From Octopus sinensis (Eukaryota), in assembly GCF_006345805.1 (NCBI RefSeq), contig NC_043003.1, positions 79,050,001 to 79,114,000 on the forward strand: a stretch of DNA of 64,000 nucleotides, given 5' to 3'. Made by a program: the position numbers and the translations under genes. Under the pieces are notes generated by a model. The model ran no database searches. It saw nothing but the letters and a program-made list of their open reading frames with translations, and was not told the DNA's origin. Within the stretch, counting starts at the first letter, position 1. Each line of letters starts with the position of its first letter. Positions 22,768-37,069 of this stretch are shown piece by piece.

Positions 22768-24446
22768 TACCGGTGCAAAGAGAGAAAAGGCACACACACA
22801 TATAGATATAAATAATATGTTTATATGCGTGTATGCGAAACATACGTATATACGCAGATACACACGTTCATATTAAAAGATACGATATATGTTAGTGGCA
22901 ACATCTAGCATAAACACAAAATAATAGATATACACACAGAGATGACATAAAAGACCCATACCTAGAAATGCACACATGGTTGTCGACATGTAGGACACCA
23001 AGAAGTACTATATGTGTATACATGTTTGGATATATCAGATGTAAAATATATTTCATTATCAGGTAAAGAGACTAGTAATAGTTAGAATGGGTATGTTGAG
23101 GGGTTTAAATGGACACATTATGCAAATAAAAAAAAGTAAAATACAAAAAATTATAAGTATATTATATACTAAGGAAAGATATAATTTTAAAAAAACAGAC
23201 AAATTGAGAGAAAAGGAGATGTAGGGAAAGATAGATAAAGTGTTAGCTCAATATATGGTGGGTCATGCAATTTTTAGAAGGAAGTGTTAAATAAAAATAC
23301 CAAGATAGTGTAAGATATAGTGATGTAAAGTGGATGTGATGAGTAATCGCATTCCATAGAAAAAGATATATAGAAATATTTTTAAAAAACACCAAAAACT
23401 AATCTAAGCAAGAGGGTAGTGAAGAATTATTAAAGATTGATAGGAATTTGGTCATGCGTTTACATGAGGAAACTTTTCCATCCCTGATATTAACCAAATT
23501 GCCATTCATTCTGATTATGCTATAGCTTTCTTCCAAACACAACCTACAAATGTTATTATTATTTCTGTAAGAGGGGGAAGAAGAAAGGATTTTCCAAGAA
23601 ATTGAGAAATCAATATTGTTTCTTTTGAGATGCCAAATTTTTTTAGAAAGACCTGTGCTTTTCTCTTTTCTAGGGTCCCTAAAAGAAGGTCTGTGATTAT
23701 GAATTCTCGATTTAAGTGAGTATTTCGTGCAACCCACGTATATGTATCTAGAGGAGTCCTAAGTAACAATAGTTGCTTGGTATACAACTTCTCTCATTTT
23801 ACAATTTCTATCTACTTCACAGGCATATGGGTCTCAACAATTACAATTTAAATTACTATGTGGTACTATGGTGTTACGTCTATATTTATTAGAGATATTG
23901 GAGTTCTGATTATTATCATTATAGTAGTTGTTAATTATAGGAATATTGGAAGTACTAGGTACTGGAGATTGTCCTTAAGAGATTTGGAGAGACTGAAAAT
24001 CCAAATCTAATTTTTTAATCAAATATTTTAGCATATTTAGAGTTTTTGAAGTTTTTATTAATTATCATTCTAAAGGATCTAATAAAGTTAGATTTTAGAT
24101 GTTTGGCGAAAGGGATTATGATCCAAGTAGCGTTATTACTATTTTCTTTATTGGAATGATGAGTTGTGTTTGGGAGGGTCAGCTATTCTCACACAAGATA
24201 TTGGTTTCTTTTTTGCTATTCTATTCCCATCTATATTAATTTGAGTTCTATGGTTATATATATTATTGAAGGAATTAGGTAAGTTTAGATTATTTTCATT
24301 TTTTCTATTTTTTGATTTAATATTCCTATTTTTATCTAGAATTATACAGTTTTTATGTTTGTTGTCAGCATTCTTGGGTTTATCAATAATAATATTAGTG
24401 TGGTTAGTAAGGTGGGAATTACTAAAATTAATATTAATAAAAGAAA

Positions 24447-24483
<37 letters not shown>

Positions 24484-24519
24484 TATATATATATATATAT
24501 ATATATATAACACATATTA

Positions 24520-24740
24520 TACGAAGGTGTGTTGAAAAACTCCTGACTTTAAGGGTATCGCGAAAAGCCTGATTGCGAGCCCAACTTTCCAAGTTCTTTT
24601 ACAGGGCTTAGAAAAACTGAAGGACCACTGCAATAAGTGTGTGAATCTGTGAGGAGAATATGTTGAATAAAATCATAATTTACGGATCCTTCTGTATTTT
24701 CTTTTACCCAAAGCCAGGTACTTTTCAGCACTCTCTCATG
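24520..24740 (+). mobile_element. Non-autonomous mariner (MITE), same family as 1961
   Basis: TIRs tacgaaggtgtgttgaaaaactcctgacttt / aaagccaggtacttttcagcactctctc; frame QGLEKLKDHCNKCVNL*GEYVE*. Confidence 0.8.
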
Positions 24741-24999
24741 CGTGTGTGTATGACTATATCTTTTTCCTTATAAATATCCTGAAAATTCATCAGAGCCTTG
24801 GCTTTGTTATCTCATTTTGTCTAATATATATATGCATGCTCATACAAGACACAGATTAGACTTCGCACTCATTTCACTATCGAACCAAGAGTTTAACTAC
24901 AGTCTGTCCATAGCACTTAGCGTTAACCTCCACTCTTTGGGTCTTCTAGATACCAGTACCTCTCATACCCTTGCGTATATGTGTGTGTGTGTGTGTGTG

Positions 25000-25346
<347 letters not shown>

Positions 25347-25349
25347 TAG

Positions 25350-25386
<37 letters not shown>

Positions 25387-25884
25387 GATAGATAGATAGA
25401 TAGATAGATAGAGATATATTATTGGAAAGGTCACTGACTCACAGTAACTAGTAATTTCATCAAGGGCAGGAATAAACGGCAATTTTCCAACAAAAACACA
25501 AGAAAATTGATACCTTACAAATGTATTGAGTTCTCTTTTCCCTTGAGGTAGCCTTAGTACATTATACTTTCACACGTGTGTACATTACAAAAGTTCAGAT
25601 AATCCGATTCACCTACTTTACCATTCAGGTGTCTCACTGGCGCTTTTGGGCGTTGACTACGAGTGGTGTGAAAAGATTGGCTGTTTGACTGTACGTAGCC
25701 ATGATCGTTACCACTGGCACCGTCCTCATTAATTAACACCTTCATTATCATGATTATGATCATCATCATCGTCATCATAATCTCTATAAATGCTACCACC
25801 ACAACTGCTACCATCACTAATTTATGTACAGCTACGAATAGACTTAGACTCATATGAAGACGACACAGTCGAATACTAGTAATG

Positions 25885-26210
25885 TGGAGGCGTAATGGCC
25901 CAGTGGTTAGGACAGCAGACTTGCGGTCGTCAGATCGCGGTTTCGATTTCCAGACCGGGCGTTGTGATGTTTATTGAGCGAAAACACCTACAGCTCCACG
26001 AGGCTCCGGCGGTGGGGGAGGGGTGAATCCTGCTGCACTCTTTCACCACAACTTTCTCTCACTGTATTTCAAAGGGCCAGCCTTGTCACATTCTGTGTCA
26101 CGCTGAATCTCCCCGAGAACAAGCCACTTGCACGTTAATTTCACGAGCAGGCTGTTCCGTTGATCGTATCAACTGGAACCCTCGCCATCGTAATCGACGA
26201 AGTGCCACGA
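25885..26210 (+). mobile_element. SINE family B, internally deleted
   Basis: ggaggcgtaatggcccagtggttagg head; two internal gaps relative to 11773. Confidence 0.85.
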
Positions 26211-26344
26211 CGACTAGTCATGGTATACCTCAACGTAAGTCAGTTCGAGATACGTCTTTTTCGACTTTACGTTCTTTTGGGTTTTTTTTAAAGAAATTAA
26301 ATGGAAAAAATAAATTTCATTTTCAGTCGATTTGTCCGACTTTA

Positions 26345-26655
26345 GAGCTTCGGGCTCACAATCATGAGGTTGTAAGTTTGATTCATGGAGTGGGCTATAT
26401 GTTGTGTTCTTGAGCAAAACACTTTATTTCACATTGCTCCAGTTCACGCAGCTGTAGAAATGAATTGTGACGTCACTGGTGCCAAGCAGTATCAGCCTTT
26501 GCCTTTCTCTTGGATAACATCGGTGGCGTGGAGACTGGTATGCATGGGCGACAGCTGGTCTTCCAAGAATAACCTTGCCCAGACTTGTGCTTCGGAAAGG
26601 AACTTTCTAAGTGCAATCCCAGGATCATTCATGACCAAAGGGGTTCTCTACCCTT
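26345..26655 (+). mobile_element. SINE family C, degenerate
   Basis: ttcttgagcaaaacactttatttcac block and family C tail. Confidence 0.8.
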
Positions 26656-26959
26656 TTTACCAATTTCTATAGCACTGGCACCTTGAATTTCATTAGCGGA
26701 TTCCTCTATATTACTAGCGTTGAAGCTAGGACTCCGGCTTCAGAATGAAGTGGCCCCTCCCTACCTCTCAGAAGTCCCTGATGTCCTGTAAAGAGTTTCT
26801 TTTATCCGACTGCACGTCGGTCACAGCAAACATTTAAAAGAATGAATTTAAAAAGGTCTAAAGATTATTACTGAAGTGGAAAATCGAATAAAGTACATGT
26901 GAAAGTAATTACAAACCATTTATTAATACGGACATAATTGTTTATTTTTTTTTATTTGT

Positions 26960-27248
26960 ATCAGTCATTAGACAACAGCCATGCTAGGGCACCGCCTTGG
27001 AAAGTGTTGGCCGAATGAATGGATCCCTGTACTTACTTTTTAAGCCTGCTCCTTCTTTCATCGATCTGTTTTGCTCAACCGTTAAGTTAAAGGAACTTAA
27101 ACACAACAGCACTGGTTACCAAGTAGTGGTGGGGGCAAATACAAACATAGATACACATATACACACACATACACCTGTGAATAAATGTATTTTTATATAT
27201 ATCTATATACACACATATATATATATGTATTTATATATACAGATATAC

Positions 27249-27290
<42 letters not shown>

Positions 27291-27675
27291 CATATATATG
27301 TATATATATATATATACATATATATATACAGGTTTAATCCCACTGTGTAGCACCTTGGACATGAGTGTTCTACTGTAGCCTCGAGCTGATCAAAGCCTTG
27401 TGAGTGGATCTGGCAGACGGTAACTGAAAGAATACATCGTTTATATATATATATATATAAACATCCTCGTAACTTATCGGTTCGGCATTAGAGACCGATA
27501 GAATAAATACTAGGCTTTAAAAGTAAGTCCTGAAATTGATTTGTTCGACTAAAACCCTTCAAGGTGATGCTCCAGTAAAGCCGCAATCATATGATTACAA
27601 GCAAAAGAATACAGAAAATACTTATATGTACACACACACCACACACACAAACATACAGACACGCGCGCGCGCACG

Positions 27676-27737
<62 letters not shown>

Positions 27738-27930
27738 TATATTTATATACACACGCACACACATACAAACACACGCTCGCACTCACACGGTCGCGCGCGC
27801 ACACGCATATATATGTGTGACGGGATTCTCTAAGTTTTCGTCTACCGAATCCACTCACAAAGCTTTGATCGACCTGATGCTATAGTAGAATTAACTTGCC
27901 CAAGGGGCCACGCAGTGGGATTGAACCCAG
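26960..27930. mobile_element. Interleaved degenerate SINE A fragments in both orientations
   Basis: Minus piece 26960-27170, plus piece 27340-27620, minus piece 27800-27930. Confidence 0.65.
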
Positions 27931-28364
27931 AATCAGCCGCTAATAAAATTTTAAAATGTTTTATTTTCTTGTTACGTCGTTTTTCGAGTTAAGTCAAATG
28001 TCTTGGAACCAGTTGCCGACGTAAGCTGAGGTATACTTCTGTATACATAAATGTGACACAAACACACATAATACAATACAACTGTCATAGTCACACACAT
28101 ATACACACATAGACAGTCCCACACACGCACACATACATACATTCACATGTGCATACCCATGCATAAAAGAAGTCACACGTGCACACACATTTAGATGCAC
28201 AAACACATACGTAAATGAAGTGACACACACACACACACATACGTAGGTAAAGGAATTCCCATGCACATATTATATACATTTGTCTCCTGCCCCACAGACA
28301 CATACGTACATAGAGACAGCTGCACAGACGCATACATTCATAGGGGCAATCACTTTCCACACAT

Positions 28365-28409
<45 letters not shown>

Positions 28410-28529
28410 CGATACTTCAGTTATATACACACGCACACGCCCCCGTATAAATTGTCGCATGGATACACAGTCATTTATACATACATATATACGTATATGC
28501 ATACATACATACATACATACATACATACA

Positions 28530-28560
<31 letters not shown>

Positions 28561-28953
28561 GTATGCAGTTATGCATGCGCATGTTAAAAGAGGCACAAGC
28601 AATCCTGATTGAAAGGAAAACGAGAAATGGGGGGGGGCTAAAGAAATGGTGGAGGGGAAGCAAGAGGAGGAGGAGGAGGAGGAGGAGGAGAAGAAGAAGA
28701 AGAAGAAGAAGAAGAAGAAGAAGAGGAGGAGGAAGAAGAAGAAGAAGAAGAAGAAGAAGAAAGAATGAAGAAGAAGAAGAAAAGAAGAAGAAGAAGAAGA
28801 AGAAGAAGAAGAAGAAATGTTAGGGTGAGGCGGAGGAATCTGAAATTGGATGGCTAAATTTCCCTCGTTCTTCATTCTCACATCCACTAGTTATACATCC
28901 ATCCGTCCGTCTGTCTGCTTGTCTGTCAATCTATCTTAAGTCAGTTTATATAT

Positions 28954-28996
<43 letters not shown>

Positions 28997-28999
28997 ATA

Positions 29000-29069
<70 letters not shown>

Positions 29070-29963
29070 GCGTGTATGTTTGTAGTATGTATGTATTTAA
29101 GTATGTATGTATCTGTCTGTCGGTCTGCCACTCAGTTTATGTATATATGTATGTATCTATCTATCTATCTTTCATTCAATCTAATTCTTTCTCGCAACCA
29201 CCAGATGGCATTATTATCTGATCTGCCATGTGTTTGTTGAGCTTCCGTTGTAGATGGTGAACTATTCACCAGCTAGTCATTCGTCACCGCCACTACCGCT
29301 ACTAACATCACCACCACCACCACCATCACCACCACCACCACCACAACCACCACCACCACCACCACCTACCACCACCAGAACACCAGACCACAAAGCCATA
29401 TATCTCCACAACCACCCATATAAACACAAGCATAAGCATACACTTTCAATTCACGCAAGACGACTATTAGATGGAGTGGTTTTACACTACCAAAATCACT
29501 TCCTGTTAGATTACGACGAAAACAACACTTGTCCTGTTTCTCCTTAAAAATCAGTGATCTAACCGCCCATCTAACCACCCATCTAGTCACCTAATAAGCC
29601 ATTAAAACCATTCGTTGGGTAAGCAACCACCTGGCCAACCAATAAGAAGAACAAAAAATAACAAAAAAAGAGAGAAATATTCAACCAAAGAAATTAGCCA
29701 GCCCGACAACTACCTAACCAGCCTACCAACCAGCTAATCATATGTTTATCCAAACCATCCAATATATCATCTGACTAACCATCCAAGCAACCATCCAACC
29801 AGTCAATATTAGCTCGGGAGAGATGAGAGAGGAGAGAGAGTGGGAGAGAGAGACAGTCAAGGAGAAGAGAGAGGGAGAAAGTGAGAGTGAGAGAGCAGTA
29901 GCAATTGATATATTTAGCAGTCTATAACGGCCAGCACGATTCTATCTATCTATCTATCTATCC

Positions 29964-30028
<65 letters not shown>

Positions 30029-30138
30029 CCTACCTACCTATCTATCTATCGATCTATCTGTCTGTCCGTCTGTTTGTGTGTGTATGCATGCATGTATGTA
30101 TGTATCTATCTATCTTTCTATCGAGTTGTCTGTCTGTG

Positions 30139-30172
<34 letters not shown>

Positions 30173-30174
30173 TG

Positions 30175-30223
<49 letters not shown>

Positions 30224-30370
30224 GTCTATTTGTCTGTCTGTCTATGCATGTATCTATTTACCTATCTATCTCTCAATTTATCTGTCTGCCTATCTGCCTG
30301 TGTATGTATCTATCTCTCTTCTGTCTGTTTGTCTGTTTGCTCGTCTTCATATCTATCTATCTATCTATCT

Positions 30371-30430
<60 letters not shown>

Positions 30431-30466
30431 CAACTATAGCGCATGTAGTGATAGCATTGGTGTTTA

Positions 30467-30527
<61 letters not shown>

Positions 30528-30783
30528 TAGCATGAGGTGTGCAACAGTTATTAGAGCAATTGTTAATTATTACAAGTCATTAAAACAGAATAATTATCAG
30601 AGTAATTATTACACCAGCTAACTTTGTGTATAACCGTTATTGAAGCAGCCATTGTAATAGTTTTTACAAAATTATTACAACAGTAGTTATTATAATAACT
30701 ATTATAACAACTATTAGTTATTACAACAGCTGTTATTACAGTAGTTATTACAACAGTTATCATAGCCGTTATTAGTCATTACA

Positions 30784-31208
30784 TAAGAGGCGGCGAGCTG
30801 GCAGAAACGTTAGCAGGTCGGGCGAAATGCTTAGCGGTATTTCGTCTGCCGTTACGTTGTGAGTTCAAATTCCGCCGAGGTCGACTTTGCCTTTCATCCT
30901 TTCGGGGTCGATAAATTAAGTACCAGTTACGCACTGGGGTCGATGTAATCGACTTAATACCTATGTCTGATCCCTGTTTGACCCCTCTGTGTGTAGTCCC
31001 TTGTGTGTAGTAAAGAAATAGGTATTTCGTGTGCCGTTACGTTGTGAGTTCAAATTCCGCCGAGATCGACTTTGCCTTCCATCCTTTCGGGGTCGATAAA
31101 TTAAGTACCAGTTACGCACTGGGGTCGATGTAATCGACTTAATACCTATGTCTGTCCCTGTTTGTCCCCTCTGTGTTTAACCCCTTGTGGGTGGGTAATA
31201 AAGAAATA
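30784..31208 (+). mobile_element. Dimeric SINE D with 16-bp TSD, inserted in a degenerate gttattaca satellite (about 30545-31345)
   Basis: TSD gttattagtcattaca at 30768-30783 and 31209-31224; internal junction aaagaaata|ggtatttcg at 31020/31021. Confidence 0.9.
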
Positions 31209-31578
31209 GTTATTAGTCATTACAACAGCTGTTATTACAGTGTTTATTACAGCAGTTTATCATAGTCGTTATTACAGTTATTACAATAGCAGTTATTACA
31301 GTAGTTATTACAGAAGTTTTCACAGTTATTACAATAGCAGTTATCAGAAGGATGTTTAATAACCCTACAGAGCCTGGCCCACTTTTTTGTTAGTCCATAA
31401 TGTAAATTTCTGTTTTCATACGCTTGACACCGAACCACTTGTTACTAGCCTTGCCAGAAATAGAAACCGCGCCTCCCATACACCTACTTCTCAGCCGTTA
31501 TTGCTTCTTCTTCTTCTTCTTCTTCTTCTTCTTCTTCTTCTTCTTCTTCTTCTTCCACACCCCCTCTGTCTCTCTCTG

Positions 31579-31652
<74 letters not shown>

Positions 31653-31859
31653 TACATGTTTATGTTTGTTGGTTCTTGTTCAGCTTGATGGGTGGTGGTG
31701 GCTGGTGTAGCAATGTATCTGCCCGCATATGTATGCGAATCTGTATGTGCGTATGTGTTAATGTGTGTACATGTGTGTGTATATCACATCTGTGTTGCTT
31801 TTCCGGGTACATCGACAGAACACCAGCACTAACATCAACAATTTCCACTACTGCTGCTA

Positions 31860-31881
31860 CTACTACTACTACTACTACTAC

Positions 31882-31939
<58 letters not shown>

Positions 31940-32065
31940 TATAATAATATAAATAATAATAAGTATAATAATAATAATAATAATAAGTATAATAATAATA
32001 ATAATAATAATAATAAGTATAATAAGTATAATAATAATAATAATAATAATATAATAATAATAATA

Positions 32066-32098
<33 letters not shown>

Positions 32099-32099
32099 G

Positions 32100-32131
<32 letters not shown>

Positions 32132-32331
32132 GTATAATAGTATAATAATAATAATAATAATAATAATATAAGTATAATAATGATAATAATAATAAGAGAA
32201 TAAGTATAATAATAATAATAATATAATAATAATAATAATAAGTATAATAATAATAAATAATAATAATTATAATAATAAGTAATAATAATAAGTATAATCA
32301 TAATAATAATAATAATAATAAGTATAATAAG

Positions 32332-32372
<41 letters not shown>

Positions 32373-32392
32373 GTATAATAATAATAATAATA
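31860..32392. repeat. (ACT)n then long interrupted (AAT)n tract
   Basis: Direct. Confidence 0.95.
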
Positions 32393-32605
32393 CTGCTGCT
32401 GCAACCACCACCGAACCCACCGTCGCCACCACCTTCACCATCACTACCGCTGGCAGCTAATGCTGTCATAGGCAATGTTAATATTTTAACAGCCGTTCTT
32501 CACATCTTTCTGAAGCAACTGTGGTTTTTCACACACACATGCAACACGTTCGTGTGCGAAAGGGTGTGTATATGTATATGCATGTATATGCGATAAATTG
32601 TATGC

Positions 32606-32645
<40 letters not shown>

Positions 32646-32839
32646 TTGTGTGTGCGTGTGTATATATATGTATGCACACACACACACACACACTTACACA
32701 TATAATGATAGGGCGTCTATAATGATAGACGCCCTATCATTATATGTGTGTAAATGTGTGTATGTGTGTGTGTGTGTGTGTGGTGTAAGTGTGCGTGTTT
32801 GTGTTTGAAAGAATACACATGCAGTCTATCACATCACTG

Positions 32840-33420
32840 GATTCAAATTTTGGCACAAGGCCAGTAATTCCGAGGAAGAGGTTAAGTTGATTACATCGAC
32901 CCCAGTAATCAGTTTGTACTTATTTTATCAACCCCCAAAGGATGGAAGGCAAGGTCGACCCGGGCGAAATTTGAACCCAGAATCATAAAAGACGGACGAA
33001 ATACAGCTAAGCATTTAGTCGGGCGTGCTAAACAATTCTGCCAGCTCGCAGGGAGCAAATTGATTACATCAACGCCATTGTACAACTGGAAATTTTTTTG
33101 AGGCTCGTCCTCGACGAAATTTGAACTCAGAACATAAAGACAGACGAAATGCCGTTAAATATTTTTCCCGGCGTGCTAACGATTCTTATTTCTTTACTCC
33201 CCACAAGGGGCTAAACACAGAGGAGACAAACAAGGACAGACAGACGGATTAAGTCGATTATATCGACCCCAGTGTGTAACTGGTACTTAATTTATCGACC
33301 CCGAAAGGATGAAAGGCAAAGTCGACCTCTGCGGAATTTGAACTCAGAACGTAACGGCAGACGAAATACGGCTACGCATTTCGCCCGGCGTCCTAACGTT
33401 TCTGCCAGCTCGTTGCCTTA
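32840..33420 (-). mobile_element. SINE D multimer
   Basis: Three heads/B boxes; tail-to-head junction at about 33185. Confidence 0.8.
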
Positions 33421-33439
33421 ATTCTGTCACATCATTATC

Positions 33440-33960
33440 ATCTTTTTAAGTCCATTTTCTATCCTTGCGCAGATTAGTCATTCTTTTCTGACATTCCTCA
33501 GATATTTTTTTGCATTTCATCAACAATACCTGGTATTCCAGCAGCTTTCCTTGCCTTCGTATCCTTAATGACCATTTTGACCGTTTGACCATTTGACATA
33601 CGATTGTCAATTTCAGAAACTTGTCTTCTTGTTGGATCAACTTGGGTAATTTCTCTTTCACTCTCTGGTATTGTTTCATTTAATAATCTCACCCAATAAC
33701 AAATAGCAATTGCGTAACTGTCACTTACATACAAATTCTATCCCAACATCACACTGCTTTGCCATCCGGAACATACTACATCTCAACCCCACTTTGGAGA
33801 AAACAGGCAAACCCCTTACTTTCTGCTTCAAGGCTTACGAAAAGTACATGACGTCTAGCCTGTCTTCTATTTATCTGATGTTCTTTGCTCATCTCGGTCT
33901 TCCAGCAGTGTCTTTTTGCAATTCAGGTTGCCTTCCGTCTGGCAGAAAGTGACATTATAG
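33440..33960 (-). mobile_element. Decayed RTE-like LINE fragment (pre-RT linker and RT domain 0)
   Basis: WK-SKE-RRQARRHV, RLLNE, VKMVIKDTKARKAAGIPGIVDEMQK resembles the KAIK-MK-GKAPG-GI-AEMLK motif. Confidence 0.6.
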
Positions 33961-33979
33961 TAGAGTTGTACAAAAGATA

Positions 33980-35330
33980 AAGGAAGGTAGCCTGAATAGC
34001 TAGCAATAAGACAATCTGTTTGAACAGAGCAGTATGTACGAGTGAGCTGTGTGAAAGCATGTTTACCTGCAGTGGAGGATGGATAAAAGATTGTTGATCG
34101 ATTATTGATGTCAGCGATGAAATTTGTCCCGAATCGGAAAATAAAATCTTTGTGTATACGTAAGGCCGCGGGAGGGAACATAAGGAAAGTGTGCGTAGCA
34201 GATGGGCAGAAAGATGATCAATAGCTAAGCTGTGAGGACGGGTTACATCAACGACTGGTTAGAGATAATGCTGGAGAAAAAGGAAGAAAGAACTTAACCT
34301 CGATTTTTCTTCACAGATGTGTCAGAGATGGAGGGGTCATGAGAAGAGAATAGATAATTTAGCGTGAGTCAAGTAGGATGAGGAGAAATCGAGGTGTGTG
34401 GGAGAGCCAGACTCAATAAAATGCAGAAGGGGAGAGTAGTTAGTGTCATCTTAAGGCATGGGTGCACTGAAAAGTTGCCCAAGGGAACCACGAGTCAAGG
34501 GTTCAATTCTGATCTATATATGCTTTGCCTTGCTATCAAATAAATACTATAGGACTTAGTACATTGATTTGTCCGGGGACTTACAATGTTGCTAAAATGG
34601 CCCTAAAGGAGGGTATCACATGAAACTGACCAAGGTGTTGGAGACATTGTATTTCCAAAGTTAAGTAGAAACAATTGGAGACGGAAAATAAAGGAGGTGA
34701 GATCTTCATTGGTAAGGCAAATGATACTGACACAATTATTGGTGTACCGACCGTATATCTCTTCGGTGGGGTTGGTAAAATATGTAAAGTTAAAAGCCCT
34801 GAGGATAACTAACAAATAGATTGGCATAGTTGCGCTCATCCTAATACCCAAGTCATCACTAGTAACCTACCAAAAGAATGGTACGGAATAAAAGCTGTTG
34901 AGAGTGAGGACGAGTTTATGTAGCACAGAAGTGTAGCATGGATGGGTTCGACGATCCAGAATAATTTGAAAGCCGGGAGTCCATCGTTGTGGGAGATGAT
35001 GTTGCAGCGGAGCTTTACACCGTAAGTGAAAAGGTACCTTGAGGCGCCGCAGCGTGAGAAGTTGAAGAGATGTCGGTGATGTCAGAGGTGTAGCAAGACG
35101 GTAGTGGGGAGATTAATTTCCGTTGGCGCATGCGTGAAAGGACACGAAATTTCCTCTGGACTGTTATGCTTATCGATTACAGGGCAATTGTTATAAGTGT
35201 GTCTGCACCCCAGATACCGAGAAACCTTGCAATGCCACTAGGTGGATTTTGGATGAGACCTGTTACTAAAGGCGACAAGCGTTGGGCAAAATATTTAGGG
35301 ATCATTTTGGTATGACAGAGTCAAGTGGAA
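33980..35330 (-). mobile_element. Decayed Penelope-like reverse transcriptase and thumb
   Basis: FTYGVKLRCNIISHNDGL (cf. MDVxSLYTNIPHxxGL), KLVLTLNSF, LGIRMS (cf. MGTRM), YGRYTNNC (cf. RYIDD), HLDFSSSY-SILFS (cf. YLDxxSxHP-SIPxSQ); many stops. Confidence 0.7.
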
Positions 35331-35514
35331 ACACCGAGGTAGTCAGGGATGTTTGACATATAGATCTTCGAGAGGAGGTACATAGGGGAAGTTTGGGCTG
35401 TACGATAAATAAAGTTGGTAGCAGTAGCAAGAACTGGAATGGTGTTGGTGGACAGGGGCAAACACGGGTGTGGGATATATTGTCGTTAGACAATTTGAGA
35501 GAGAGAGAGAGAGC

Positions 35515-35552
<38 letters not shown>

Positions 35553-36324
35553 GACAGAGAGACAGAGAGACAGAGAGACAGAGAGAAACCAGGAGAGACA
35601 GACAGACAGACAGAGAGCAGATTTAATGAATTACCAGAGTGCTTCGACTCTATAAAGGCCCGTCTGCCAGACCGCAACAGCACCGCTTTTTTCTCAGCCA
35701 GGTTATCAACGATGTGGTTTCAGTGTCAAAGACGAGATGTTGGGGTGCTCATGCAACTTCCGCAAATCGACTATAGAACTGGCTATACGTGTATTCATGC
35801 ATACGTACAAACATTCTTATACACAGAGAAATACTTACATAGGTACATATACACTATCATACGTACATAATACATATATAACACATACATATATTCATAT
35901 ACAAATACGTGCACCACATTATCCCTCGCATACTTACACAACGTACACACATTCATACACACACACAAATGCACATGCACATGCACACACATCTCTTTAT
36001 CACGTACAAACATACGTATACACACATACACCGCACACTCTGACACACAAAGACATACCTCTTACACACATATATATGAATAGATATACACACACATACT
36101 TATACACACGCGCATACATATACGCCGACTCTCCCCTTCTCTCTCTCCCTCTCTCTCACTCTTGCACATACGCTTACTCAGATGTACTACTGCCACACAA
36201 ACACGTTGACTCAACTCCGTTGGATTCTGACTCTTACACACTGACTCTCTCTCTCTCTCTCATATCGACATTCACTCTCTCCATCTTTTCTCCCTCTTTC
36301 TCACTCTCACCAAGTCTCTCTCTT

Positions 36325-36576
36325 TTACCCTTTTACTTGTTTCAGTCATTTGACTGTGGCCATGCTGGAGCACCGCCTTTAGTCGAGCAAATCGACCCCA
36401 GGACTTATTCTTTGTAAGCTTATTACTTATTCTATAGGTCTCTTTTGCCGAACTGCTAAGTTACGGGGACGTAAACACACCAGCATCGGTTGTCAAGCGA
36501 TGTTGGGGGCACAAACACAGACTCACAAACATATACACACATATATACATACATACATATATATATACATACTTAC

Positions 36577-36609
<33 letters not shown>

Positions 36610-36740
36610 ATTATATACAGATATACGACGGGCTTCTTTCAGTTTCCGTCTACCAAATCCACTCACAAGGCTTTGGTTAGAACTGAACCCGGAACCATGT
36701 GGTTCGTAAGCAAGCTACTTACCACGTAGCTACTCCTATG
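36325..36740 (-). mobile_element. SINE family A with internal deletion
   Basis: Consensus match; part of the body is missing near 36675. Confidence 0.85.
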
Positions 36741-36809
36741 CCTGTCTCTGCATTTCTGTCTATATGTGTGTAGTTGTTTCTCTCTCTCTTTTTTCCCTCT
36801 CTCTTTCCC

Positions 36810-36848
<39 letters not shown>

Positions 36849-36916
36849 CACACACGCACACACACACACAAATATGGATATACTTATTTCCGATATTAGC
36901 GTATAAATATGTATAT

Positions 36917-36965
<49 letters not shown>

Positions 36966-37020
36966 TTATATATATATATTATATATATCTATATATACTA
37001 TATATATATGTATATGTATA

Positions 37021-37069
<49 letters not shown>

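Larger units (their letters stand above)
21260..24450 (-). mobile_element. 5'-truncated Penelope-like element: RT-EN linker, GIY-YIG endonuclease (disrupted), inferred long 3' region
   Basis: ATWIIIPF-FGFSVSPNL linker; CNC*DPYAC-NC-VVYQA-YIYVGCT-RIHNH-SF-KSTGLSKKIW-LK-WKIL-CRLCLEE-LVN motif at about 23399-23870; bracketed by (TA)n; 3' extent inferred from strand bias and the hammerhead at 21369. Confidence 0.8.
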
